From contig JBMOMR010000049.1 of the NCBI GenBank assembly GCA_049324715.1, forward strand, positions 8,026 through 72,025: a stretch of DNA of 64,000 nt. Direction: 5' to 3'. The DNA comes from Chloroflexota bacterium. GTDB taxonomy: Bacteria > Chloroflexota > Anaerolineae > Anaerolineales > Villigracilaceae. The stretch's first letter is position 1. Every line of letters begins with the position of its first letter. The position numbers were made by a program, and so were the translations under genes. Shown one piece after another: positions 27,118-36,056 of this stretch. The notes beneath the pieces are model-generated. The model saw only the letters and a program-made list of their open reading frames with translations. It did no database searches and was not told the origin of the DNA.

Positions 27118-27726
27118 ATGGCACCAATCAAAGACATCATCTTCCTGCTCTTGACGGGCGGCCTCGCCGCCTACCTCTGCTGGTATTTTTGGCAGAGGTA
27201 CAATTTGCACAAGGCACTGCACAACATCTACTATCTGATGGGGTTTGCAGTGCTTTTGGTTTCGGGACTGCTGTTGATCTTCCTCGGCCTCGACATCCTT
27301 GCTTCGCCCTACGTGCTGACCGTGGCCAGCCTGATCCCGCTCGGCATCTCGATGGGACTGGCTGAGGAGTACTTCCCCGCCTGGAAGAAGTATTTCAAGT
27401 GGTTCGCGTTGATCGGCTTCCTCGCCATCGCGGTGACCAGCATCGGCGGGATGGACTCGCTGAAGAAGATCGCCGTTCCGCTCTTCCACGGCGTGGCGGG
27501 ACTCGTGATCTTCCTCGGACCGTTCCTGGCGAAGGGCGCGCCGAAGGGCTTCTACTGGGTCGGAATCGGCGGCGTGCTGATCGGCCTCGGCGGCATTGCG
27601 CTGGCCTTCATTTCGGTCGGCGCGCAGTTGCTGTTCTTCAGCCCTGAGTTCGTCATGCTGATCCTCACCCCACTCCTGTTCCTGATGGCGGGCGCGTTCA
27701 CGCTCGGTTTCACCCGCAAAGGGTAA
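27118..27726 (+). CDS. Polytopic membrane protein, paralog family C (C1)
   Basis: RBS AAAAAGGAGAATGCACAA precedes the ATG; paralogous to the 31370 gene (GGVLIGLGGIALAF vs GGALIGIGGLALSF). Confidence 0.6.
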   Translation: MAPIKDIIFLLLTGGLAAYLCWYFWQRYNLHKALHNIYYLMGFAVLLVSGLLLIFLGLDILASPYVLTVASLIPLGISMGLAEEYFPAWKKYFKWFALIGFLAIAVTSIGGMDSLKKIAVPLFHGVAGLVIFLGPFLAKGAPKGFYWVGIGGVLIGLGGIALAFISVGAQLLFFSPEFVMLILTPLLFLMAGAFTLGFTRKG

Positions 27727-27736
27727 TTCAAAACCT

Positions 27737-27823
27737 GTACACGGATTACACGGACACAATAGAGTTACACGGATTTATAAAAACAATCCGTGTAACTCCG
27801 TCAAATCCGCGTAATCCGTGTAC
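27737..27823. repeat. Symmetric array of six TACACGGATT half-sites forming an imperfect palindrome of about 88 nt
   Basis: Two forward half-sites (TACACGGATTACACGGAC), then the perfect inverted pair TTACACGGATT-N9-AATCCGTGTAA, then two reverse half-sites (AATCCGCGTAATCCGTGTAC). Confidence 0.6.
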
Positions 27824-27921
27824 CGCTCTTCCCGCAATCATTTGTCTTTTGTCAAAGACAGCCAGCCCGATTTGTGATATTTTTCAGCAGACTGACAACA
27901 ATCCATTTAGGAGTACATCCT

Positions 27922-29457
27922 ATGCAATTTGTCAAAGACCGTTTCGATTATCTCTTCCGTTCCACGCGCGGGCTGACCTTGGTCGCCATTGCGGTGGTTT
28001 CCATCATTACCGCCATTTTCGGAACGCTTTCTGGCCCAATGGTGGAGTGGGGCATCAAAGACATCACCGTGCGCGTGCTCGGTTTGAAACTGGTCGAGGC
28101 AGACCGTGAGGGACGCATCATCATGCTCTACCACACGATCGCCATGACCATCACCGCCATCGAAGTCTATTTCATGACCGAGATTCTGCCGATGAAACGT
28201 CACGAACAGACGATCATCAACGGGACGATCACTGTCGGGTACCTGACAGCAGCCATCTTCGGCCTGCTCTTTGCCTACTGGGGACACAACTTCATCTTCC
28301 ACGGGCTGTTTCTGGTCGGACAGTCGTTGGTTTTCTTCGCGGGTATTTTGCTGACTGTGGCACTCAACCCCTGGAAGAAAGAATACCGACTGGATAAAGA
28401 CTCGCCTCATGCCCGTTCCAAGGGCGGCATGGACCTGGAACGCCTGGCGTTCTTCGTCATGGCGATTGCCATGTTGGTCTCTGCCACCTTCGGCGCTGTG
28501 ACAGGCTCATTCTGGGGCAACGGTCACGAGACCTTCCTCGGCGAAGACCTGATTCGTATGCCACATAAGACCGAGTTACAGAAAGCCATCATCGGCCACC
28601 TGCACATTATGCTCACCCTGCTGGCTGTGGGCATCACGCTCATCGTGGGACGCTGGGTCAAATTCAAGGGCGTCCTGCAAAAGATCGCCATGCCGCTGAT
28701 GGTCATCGGTATCATCGGCACCACCGCAGGAGCGCTCTCGGTGGTCTGGTTGGAATGGGCGCATACCATCATCTATGTCGGCTCGACCTTCATCATGCTG
28801 TCGGCGTTGATGTACGTCATTTATTCCTGGGACATGCTCATCAAGGAAGGCACGGCGGGTATTCAGAAGCCGAACTTCTTCCAGAAGATTGGCGCGTTGC
28901 TGCGTGACCCGCTCAAGTTCGGGCCTGGCTGGCAAATGGTCTTCATGAACTTTACGGTCAGCGGCGTGGGCATTTTCATGGCGGTCAAACTGGAGGAGAT
29001 CTTCCGCGTCTGGCCCCACCGCGAGGAACGCATCACCCTGACGGGACACTGGCACATCCTCTCGGGGCTGATCGCCACTATCATCCTGATGTACTTCGCC
29101 GACCTCTCGGGCTTGAAAGGCAAAGTCCGCAAGTGGTTCGGCTGGGCCATTATCCTCCTCTCCGACGTTGCCTTCGGCTCCGCCACCGTTTTCTCGATGA
29201 AGCGCCTCTTTGTGGACGAGATCAACCAGCAGGGCATCGTCAACACCACCATGCTCCTCATGGATCTGGGGTTGGGCATCCTTCTCGTTGCATTGGCGAT
29301 CTTCATGATCTGGAGGTTATACGACTTGCTCCAAAAGAAAGGCCACTGGTCCATGGAATATGCGGCGGAGCGCAAGACCAACGCCGAGGCGGAACTCGCG
29401 GAACAGAAACGCAAAGCCGAGGAACTCAACGCCATTTTGAAGGAGGTGTCGAAATGA
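27922..29457 (+). CDS. Large polytopic (about 12 TM) membrane protein with a C-terminal coiled coil; function unknown
   Basis: RBS AGGAG; 12 hydrophobic segments; C-terminal EAELAEQKRKAEELNAILKE; ATGA-coupled to the downstream FGE-like lipoprotein. Confidence 0.6.
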   Translation: MQFVKDRFDYLFRSTRGLTLVAIAVVSIITAIFGTLSGPMVEWGIKDITVRVLGLKLVEADREGRIIMLYHTIAMTITAIEVYFMTEILPMKRHEQTIINGTITVGYLTAAIFGLLFAYWGHNFIFHGLFLVGQSLVFFAGILLTVALNPWKKEYRLDKDSPHARSKGGMDLERLAFFVMAIAMLVSATFGAVTGSFWGNGHETFLGEDLIRMPHKTELQKAIIGHLHIMLTLLAVGITLIVGRWVKFKGVLQKIAMPLMVIGIIGTTAGALSVVWLEWAHTIIYVGSTFIMLSALMYVIYSWDMLIKEGTAGIQKPNFFQKIGALLRDPLKFGPGWQMVFMNFTVSGVGIFMAVKLEEIFRVWPHREERITLTGHWHILSGLIATIILMYFADLSGLKGKVRKWFGWAIILLSDVAFGSATVFSMKRLFVDEINQQGIVNTTMLLMDLGLGILLVALAIFMIWRLYDLLQKKGHWSMEYAAERKTNAEAELAEQKRKAEELNAILKEVSK

Positions 29458-30404
29458 AACGGACACTCTTCATCCTGGCCCTGCTTGCGCTGACTCTCGC
29501 CGCCTGCGGAAACGCTCCAAGCGTTGGTTCCATCACGCCTCCTTTCATAGACCCTGGAATTGACCCCGAATCCTGGGCCACTGTCCCTGCTGGTGAATTC
29601 CCCTACGGCCAGCACGACCACATGACGATGGTGGATTACGATTACGAGATCATGGTCACCGACGTGACCAACGAACAGTATGCCCGCTTCCTGAACGCGG
29701 CCCTGACCGACGGGACCGTCAAAGTCGGCGAAGTGGAAGTGGAGGCAGGCGAACAGATCTGGCACGAGACGGGCGTGCATGGCGCGTACCCTGGCGATCC
29801 CTTCGACGGCTACGAGCACGAAGAGGAGATCAGGGCTGGCGACAAACTCTACGCCCCCACCCAGGTGGAGGGCCTGCGCCTGACCTTTGACGGCGCGCAA
29901 TTTACCGCCATCTACGAGTATGGCAACCACCCAATGACAATGGTCACTTGGTTCGGCGCGAACGCCTACTGCCAATATTACGGTTGGCGTTTGCCGACCG
30001 AGATCGAATGGGAAAAAGCCGCGCGCGGCACCGAACTGGTGAACGGTCACGGCCTGCCCTACCCCTGGGGCGAGCACATCGAACGCAACAATGCCAACTA
30101 CTACTCGTCCTTCGACCTGTTCGAGAAGATGTTCGGAAAACTCGGCAATACCACGCCCGTCGGATTCTTCAATGGCAAGACCTACGACGGCTACACAACC
30201 CTCGACTCCGCCTCGCCCTATGGTTTGTACGACATGGCGGGCAACGTCTGGCAATGGACAGGCGACGACTATCCCGACCAGCACTACCGTATGTTGCGCG
30301 GCGGTAGTTTCTACACCTACGAAGTGGACCTGCGCGTCTGGAAGAACAACTCGGCTGGGCCGCAGTATTACAGCCCCCAAGTCGGCTTCCGTTGCGTGAG
30401 GTAA
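29454..30404 (+). CDS. FGE/SUMF1-family lipoprotein, non-catalytic variant (NirV-like)
   Basis: Lipobox LAACG. FGE motifs are present: GWRLPTEIEWEKAARG, LYDMAGNVWQW, RGGSF…GFRCV. There is no Cys pair between RGGS and GFRC, so it is not predicted to be a catalytic FGE. Confidence 0.7.
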   Translation: MKRTLFILALLALTLAACGNAPSVGSITPPFIDPGIDPESWATVPAGEFPYGQHDHMTMVDYDYEIMVTDVTNEQYARFLNAALTDGTVKVGEVEVEAGEQIWHETGVHGAYPGDPFDGYEHEEEIRAGDKLYAPTQVEGLRLTFDGAQFTAIYEYGNHPMTMVTWFGANAYCQYYGWRLPTEIEWEKAARGTELVNGHGLPYPWGEHIERNNANYYSSFDLFEKMFGKLGNTTPVGFFNGKTYDGYTTLDSASPYGLYDMAGNVWQWTGDDYPDQHYRMLRGGSFYTYEVDLRVWKNNSAGPQYYSPQVGFRCVR

Positions 30405-30482
30405 AATTGAGAGAGCAGAGAGTAGAGAACAGTCACTATCTCTACTCTCTAATTATCTACTCTCTCGCTTTAGGAGTTCCCC

Positions 30483-31370
30483 ATGACCACCGCCACCCAA
30501 TCGTCAATCGCAAATCGCAAATCAAAAATTTCCCACTACTGGCCGCTCACCAAACCCCTGCAAACAGGCTTGCTCCTCGCAACAGGTTTGGCTGGTTACA
30601 TGAGCGCACGTTGTCCCGTCTTCAACATCGGGACGTTCCTCGGCGTGGCGGGAAGTCTCTTCCTCGCCATCGCGGGGAGCACCGTGCTCAACATGTGGTG
30701 GGACCGCGACATCGACGCGAAAATGGGGCGCACCCAAAAGCGCGCCACCTCTTCGGGACAGGTGACTGAAAACGAAGTCCTGCGTCTCGGCTTGATCCTG
30801 TCAGTGCTGGGCGTTGGCTGGGCGGTGGCGATTGACGCGCTCTACGGGCTGATCGTCTTTGCAGGTCTCTTCTTTGATGTGGTCGTTTACTCCATCTGGC
30901 TCAAGCGCCGCACGGCGTGGAGCATCGTCTGGGGCGGCGTTTCGGGTGCCATGCCCATTCTGGCAGGCCGCGCTCTCGGTCTCGGTTACGTGGACTGGAT
31001 CGGCCTGACGCTCGCTCTCGGCATCCTCTTCTGGATCCCCACCCACACCCTCACCTTCAGCATGAAGTTCGCCAAAGACTACGCCGCGGCCTGCGTTCCC
31101 ACCTTCCCATCCACGTATGGACTCGGATTCACCCGCGCCACCATCGCGGTCTCATCGGTGCTGGCCGCGCTGGCAATGGTCATCGCTGGCTACGGCATCG
31201 GCATGGACTGGGGCTTCCTGCGCCTGCTCGGTGTGCTGTCTGCGGGCCTGCTCTTGCTGGCCGTGGCTATCACCTTCAAGCCCTCCGAGCGCGTCAACTT
31301 CGGCCTGTTCAAGTACGCATCCATCTATATGCTGGCTGCGATGATTTTGGTTGTTATCGAAGTAATGTAA
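30483..31370 (+). CDS. UbiA-family prenyltransferase, heme O synthase (CtaB/CyoE)-like
   Basis: NMWWDRDIDAKMGRTQKR resembles the CtaB NxxxDxxIDxxMxRTxxRP motif; about 8 TM helices. Confidence 0.6.
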   Translation: MTTATQSSIANRKSKISHYWPLTKPLQTGLLLATGLAGYMSARCPVFNIGTFLGVAGSLFLAIAGSTVLNMWWDRDIDAKMGRTQKRATSSGQVTENEVLRLGLILSVLGVGWAVAIDALYGLIVFAGLFFDVVVYSIWLKRRTAWSIVWGGVSGAMPILAGRALGLGYVDWIGLTLALGILFWIPTHTLTFSMKFAKDYAAACVPTFPSTYGLGFTRATIAVSSVLAALAMVIAGYGIGMDWGFLRLLGVLSAGLLLLAVAITFKPSERVNFGLFKYASIYMLAAMILVVIEVM

Positions 31371-31975
31371 TGAAAATGTCCCCCCTCGACCGCGTCCTCC
31401 TCCTCGTCACTGGCCTGCTTGCCGCGTATCAAGTGGCGGTGGGCATAGACGGCTTCGGCGCGGTCCCCATCATCGCTTACACCATCGCCTTCGGTGTCCT
31501 GCTCGTGGCGGGACTCCTGCTCATCATCTGGGGCTTCGACGTGTTGGATTCGCCCGTGGTGGTCATCGTCTCGACGGCCATCCCGCTCTCCATCTCATTG
31601 GGACTCGTCTGGCAGTACCTCGTTTCATTTCGGACCTCGTACCTGGTCTTCGCCATTTTGGGTTTCCTCGCCGTGACGTTGACCCGCTCGATCCCCACCC
31701 CTGGCAAAATCCCCACCATCATCCTCGCCCTTGTCCACGGCATCGCGGGCATGACGATCTTCCTGCTCCCCATCCTCTTCTCCGTCCAGGGGATGACCCA
31801 GCCGCTCTTCTCCCTCGTCGGCGTGGGCGGCGCGCTGATCGGCATCGGCGGGCTGGCGCTGTCCTTCCTCAAGGCAGGCAAACCCATCCTCTCGAAAGAA
31901 CTGATCCTGAAGATCCTGCCCGTCATCCTGTTCCTGATGACACTCTGCTTCGTAATTGGTTTCAAGTATGGATAA
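31370..31975 (+). CDS. Polytopic membrane protein, paralog family C (C2)
   Basis: Its start overlaps the UbiA stop (TAATG); paralogous to C1; the listed ORF 30917..31975 is an upstream extension in the same frame. Confidence 0.55.
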   Translation: MKMSPLDRVLLLVTGLLAAYQVAVGIDGFGAVPIIAYTIAFGVLLVAGLLLIIWGFDVLDSPVVVIVSTAIPLSISLGLVWQYLVSFRTSYLVFAILGFLAVTLTRSIPTPGKIPTIILALVHGIAGMTIFLLPILFSVQGMTQPLFSLVGVGGALIGIGGLALSFLKAGKPILSKELILKILPVILFLMTLCFVIGFKYG

Positions 31976-32453
31976 GACGCAAGTCCTCTCGTATCTCGCC
32001 CATCTCAAATCCTTTCGCGGCGAGTTGAAGAAAAGCCGCTACAAGATCTGGCTGCGCGCCTTCCTGCTGGTCCAATTCTCGGCACTGTTTTGTATCTATT
32101 TCGTTCGCGACATCGGCAACGGATATTTCAGTTGGACGCGTGTTCTGGAAGTGTTCGCCTGCTTCATCCCAGTCGGATTCCTGCTGAGTCTCATTGTCCC
32201 CATGAAAGCGGACGTGGAACTCGGCGCGGTTACCCTCTCGCTCGACCGCTTCTACCTCTTCCTGATCTGGTTTCTGGTCATCGCCAAACTCATCATCGGA
32301 CGCATCCCATTCTTCACCCCTGAAGCGGACTTCATCATGTCGGCCATCATCGGCATCATGTTCGGCAGGCTGGGAGGCATCGGGCTGAGAGTTCGGCAAT
32401 TGAAAGTGCAATATGGTTTCATAAAAAGACAAAACTCAACAGGTCACGCATAA
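31956..32453 (+). CDS. Hypothetical four-TM membrane protein
   Basis: Overlaps the C2 end; hydrophobic helices; the likely start is 31968 (MDKTQ). Confidence 0.45.
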   Translation: MVSSMDKTQVLSYLAHLKSFRGELKKSRYKIWLRAFLLVQFSALFCIYFVRDIGNGYFSWTRVLEVFACFIPVGFLLSLIVPMKADVELGAVTLSLDRFYLFLIWFLVIAKLIIGRIPFFTPEADFIMSAIIGIMFGRLGGIGLRVRQLKVQYGFIKRQNSTGHA

Positions 32454-32487
32454 GGCGTGGCCTATTTTTTCTCAAAAGGAGAATGCA

Positions 32488-33171
32488 ATGTCCCACAACA
32501 GTTTCTTCGCAAAATCCCTCCGTTTCATCGGCATCGTGCTGATGGCGCTCACGGGCGGATTTACCCTGCTGGGCGGCGTTGGCACGTCCTGCGTCGCCAT
32601 CAGTCCCACAGGCTTCGGCGAAAGCATGGCCCCGCTGGCAAAACTCCAGTGGTTGTACATCCTGTTCGTGCTGGCAGGGATCACCATCGGCGTGCTGGGC
32701 ATCCGCGCCACCATCGCGCTCATCAAAGGCGCGGACAAGTCCTACCGCGACGCGTTGTACGCCTTGATCGCGGGTGTGGTGGTCGGGTTCGTCCATATCT
32801 TCGTCTCACGCGCCCTGCGCGGCAAATCCATGCCCGTGGACGCGGTGGTGTACACGACCGTCCTCACGCTGGTCATCTTCCTGCTCTTCAAGATCCCCGC
32901 CATCTGGCAGGGCGTGGACTTTGCCAAGGCCAAAGCGGAGAAGAACAAACCCGCGGGCGGCGCGGCGGCCATCCTGCTCGGCCTCCTGACGCTCACCATC
33001 CAATACACAATGGGGCCCACTCACACCTGGGACAACGTCAACTATGCGGACGCCTTCAACCTGTCCATGACGGGGATTGGGATTGGATTGTTGCTCCTCG
33101 GCGCGGCGGTATTCGTTCCGTGGCGAGCGCTTCTTCTATTCCGAAGGAATGGAATGATTGTAAAGGCATAA
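32488..33171 (+). CDS. Polytopic membrane protein with a family-C-like RBS and N-terminus (C3)
   Basis: RBS CAAAAGGAGAATGCA precedes the ATG, the same motif as upstream of C1; the L(M/L)TGG N-terminal helix resembles C1. Confidence 0.5.
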   Translation: MSHNSFFAKSLRFIGIVLMALTGGFTLLGGVGTSCVAISPTGFGESMAPLAKLQWLYILFVLAGITIGVLGIRATIALIKGADKSYRDALYALIAGVVVGFVHIFVSRALRGKSMPVDAVVYTTVLTLVIFLLFKIPAIWQGVDFAKAKAEKNKPAGGAAAILLGLLTLTIQYTMGPTHTWDNVNYADAFNLSMTGIGIGLLLLGAAVFVPWRALLLFRRNGMIVKA

Positions 33172-33286
33172 ACATCAATCCACAAAAATCCCGAGGGGAT
33201 GACATGATTCACTCGATCTATGCCATCCCTTCGGGATTCCGAAAACTGACCCCTCGTTTTATAATCATTTCACCCCTTCGGGGTTT

Positions 33287-33715
33287 TCATCCCCATAGTT
33301 CCTTCGTTAACTCGATTATCTGATTCTGCTGTTCCGCGCTCAAACCAACAAACGGGGAATTTGCATCAGTCGTATCGCGGTTCTCCACGATCAACACTTT
33401 TGCATCCTCGCTGAATGTGTGCGAGTGCCAGGCGCCGCGCTTCACGTTGTAGAGTTTGTGCGGCTCCATATCCACCGCGTGGACGGCGGTCACGCTTTCG
33501 TCCCCCTCCCCCAGGAATAGGATACATCGTCCCGCCAGTAGGACGAAGACCTCGTCCGTCTCGATGTGTTTTTGCATCCAATTAATCTTTTCGGGCACGA
33601 GGTCGGGCGTGTAATTCATCAGCGCCACGCGCCAACTCTGATAGTCAATGAGCGGCTTGTAGTCGGGGCCGTTGTGTTCGCGGATTTCGAGGAGGGATTC
33701 GGGGAGAGTGGTCAT
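33287..33715 (-). CDS. Cupin domain protein
   Basis: VFVLLAGRCILFLGEGDESVTAVHAVDMEPHKLYNVKRGAWHSHTF is a cupin_2 pattern; the listed longer ORF 33287..34144 over-extends across the ferredoxin gene. Confidence 0.6.
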   Translation of the reverse strand: MTTLPESLLEIREHNGPDYKPLIDYQSWRVALMNYTPDLVPEKINWMQKHIETDEVFVLLAGRCILFLGEGDESVTAVHAVDMEPHKLYNVKRGAWHSHTFSEDAKVLIVENRDTTDANSPFVGLSAEQQNQIIELTKELWG

Positions 33716-33766
33716 GCCATGGATTCTACTCCAGTCTGCGGACGGCTTTCGAGTATACTCGGCACA

Positions 33767-33982
33767 ATGCCTCGTCTGATCCGCATCCGCATCAACCTGG
33801 ACCTCTGTCAGGCCTGCCAGCAATGTTCGGCGCTGAAGATCTGTAAGCCGCGCGCCATCATGCAGCCTGACCCGGGGGAATCTCCGTACCTGGATATCGA
33901 GCGTTGTCGCGATTGCGGCGTCTGCATGGAAGCCTGTCCGTTTCGGGCGATCGAGTTGACGGGCACGTTCCCCCAAGCCTGA
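33767..33982 (+). CDS. 2x[4Fe-4S] ferredoxin
   Basis: CQACQQCSALKIC and CRDCGVCMEACP motifs; 71 aa. Confidence 0.65.
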   Translation: MPRLIRIRINLDLCQACQQCSALKICKPRAIMQPDPGESPYLDIERCRDCGVCMEACPFRAIELTGTFPQA

Positions 33983-34182
33983 TAAATCGAATAAGGGAAA
34001 ATCTCCCCCACAGCACGCGGGGGCGAGAAAACGCGTCCATTGCCGCGCCCGCCTCAAGTCAAGAAAGATGCGGATTTTTGCATCCGCATCAATTTTATTT
34101 AATTTAGGATTGACAATTTCAATATTATAAGTATAATTATTCAAAGATAATCAATTTTGTTTTTCGTTTTCTTGAGGCCGAA

Positions 34183-35469
34183 ATGCAAAATCCTAACCAA
34201 CCTGTCCCCCAAAACTGGGCTGTCCGCTTTTTCACCATCTTCGCGGGACAGGCCTTTTCGCTGTTCGGCTCGTCTGTGGTGCAGTTCGCACTGGTCTGGT
34301 ATCTGACCCTCAAAACGGGATCGGCTACGGTGCTCGCGACCGCCTCCCTGTTCGCCATGTTGCCGCAGATCCTGCTCGGACCGATCGCGGGGACCGTGGT
34401 GGACCGCGGCAACCGCCGCCTCATCATGATCGTTTCAGACTCGCTGATCGCCCTGTCCACGCTCGTGTTGATCTACCTGTTCTGGGTGGGCAAAGTGGAA
34501 GTCTGGTACATCTACCTCATCTCCGCCATCCGCTCGCTGGGTGGCGCGTTCCATTATCCCGCCATGGCGGCATCCACCACGTTGATGGTTCCCGAAAAAC
34601 ATTTGGCGCGCGTGGCTGGCGCAAACCAGACCCTGCAGGGATTGGTGAGTATCGTCGCGCCGCCCATCGCCGCGCTGCTCGTGGCGGCCATGCCCACACA
34701 GAACGTGCTGATGATCGACGTGCTGACCGCCATCCTAGGCGTGGCTCCCCTGCTCTACTTCTCCGTCCCTCAGCCCGCCTCCGACTCCACCGAAGCGGGC
34801 ACGGCTCCGAAAAGTTTTCTACAAGACCTGGGCGCGGGATTCAAATACGTGGTCTCCTGGCCTGGCCTTTTGATGCTCGGCCTGATGGCTACTCTCCTGA
34901 ATTTCCTGCTCGCGCCCACCAGTGCGCTCACGCCCCTGCTCGTGACCAAATACTTCGGCAAAGGCGCGCTCGAACTCGGCAGTCTCGATTCGCTCTTCGG
35001 CATCGGGATGATCATCGGCGGCCTCATCCTCAGCGCGTGGGGCGGGTTCAAAAGACGCATGGTCACCTCGCTGACGTTCATCGCGCTCTTCAGTTTCGCC
35101 ATCCTTGCCATTGCCATCGCCCCCGCCGACAAGTTCTGGATCATGCTGGCTGCGATGTTCGCGTTCGGATTATTCCTGCCATTCGTCAACGGCCCCATCC
35201 ACGCGCTGTTCCAATCCCTGATCGAGCCGAACATGCAGGGACGCGTCCTCTCGCTGGTCAACAGCGTGGCGCAGGCCATGATGCCGCTCAGCCTGCTGAT
35301 CGCTGGTCCCGTCAGCGACGCGACCAGCCTGCAGACCTGGTTCTGGGTCGCGGGCATTCTCAACCTCGCCATCGCGCTGATCGGATTCTTCGTCCCTGCG
35401 CTGATTCGGATCGAGGACAATCACCACTCGAAGGTGAACGAGACCGAGACCGTCGCCGCGGCGGATTAA
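34183..35469 (+). CDS. MFS transporter (EntS/macrolide-efflux-like)
   Basis: 12 TM helices; MFS motif GPIAGTVVDRGNRR; TTGACA-N16-TATAAT promoter at 34111-34138. Confidence 0.8.
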   Translation: MQNPNQPVPQNWAVRFFTIFAGQAFSLFGSSVVQFALVWYLTLKTGSATVLATASLFAMLPQILLGPIAGTVVDRGNRRLIMIVSDSLIALSTLVLIYLFWVGKVEVWYIYLISAIRSLGGAFHYPAMAASTTLMVPEKHLARVAGANQTLQGLVSIVAPPIAALLVAAMPTQNVLMIDVLTAILGVAPLLYFSVPQPASDSTEAGTAPKSFLQDLGAGFKYVVSWPGLLMLGLMATLLNFLLAPTSALTPLLVTKYFGKGALELGSLDSLFGIGMIIGGLILSAWGGFKRRMVTSLTFIALFSFAILAIAIAPADKFWIMLAAMFAFGLFLPFVNGPIHALFQSLIEPNMQGRVLSLVNSVAQAMMPLSLLIAGPVSDATSLQTWFWVAGILNLAIALIGFFVPALIRIEDNHHSKVNETETVAAAD

Positions 35470-35562
35470 TCTTTCCAAACGAACGAGCGCGTCCCACCAT
35501 CCAAAAATAAAACAGGGTTGCATTTCTGCAACCCTGTTGGTCGGAAAACCAATCTTGTAGTC

Positions 35563-35775
35563 TTACGTGAGCAGGACAACGTTCGCCGCCTGAAGGCCCT
35601 TCGGCCCTTCTTCGACGGAGAACTCCACCTTTTGCTCAGCCTCCAATTTTTTGTAACCTTCCATCTGCAACGCGCTGAAATGGACAAAAACATCCTCGCC
35701 ATTCTCGCGGCCGATGAAGCCGTAGCCCTTCGTGGCATTGAACCACTTGACGGTGCCAACAAAACGTTCAGACAT
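35563..35775 (-). CDS. csp: Cold-shock protein (CspA family)
   Basis: [21 protein letters not shown]…DVFVHFSAL carries the RNP1 and RNP2 motifs; long 5' UTR; hairpin terminator at 35497-35530. Confidence 0.85.
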   Translation of the reverse strand: MSERFVGTVKWFNATKGYGFIGRENGEDVFVHFSALQMEGYKKLEAEQKVEFSVEEGPKGLQAANVVLLT

Positions 35776-36056
35776 GCTACTTTCTCCTAACAGAAACAGA
35801 ATTCGCCCGGTCGTCCGTTTCGCTTGCAACGGGCGAACGCGGGCACGTTCGCTAATTTATCACTTCTAATTGGACATGTCAAGCCCAAATTTTATTTTCT
35901 TCCGAATCGTCGCAAAACGCGAGACAAGATGGACCCACGGCGGTGACCACCTCACCCGCGGGACCCCACGCTGGATGACCATCCGCAACTCCTCTGGACA
36001 TAAAATATTTTTTTCAAGGACAAGATTCCCCTCCAAATTAGCAATGCTGAATTAGA

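Noticed and set aside
28863-30380. 505-aa - strand ORF
   Set aside because: It is antisense to the 12-TM gene and the FGE-like lipoprotein gene, both of which have clear protein signatures.
33287-34144. 285-aa - strand ORF as listed
   Set aside because: Only the C-terminal ~140 aa (33287-33715) form a cupin domain with a plausible start. The upstream part overlaps the ferredoxin gene and its terminator.
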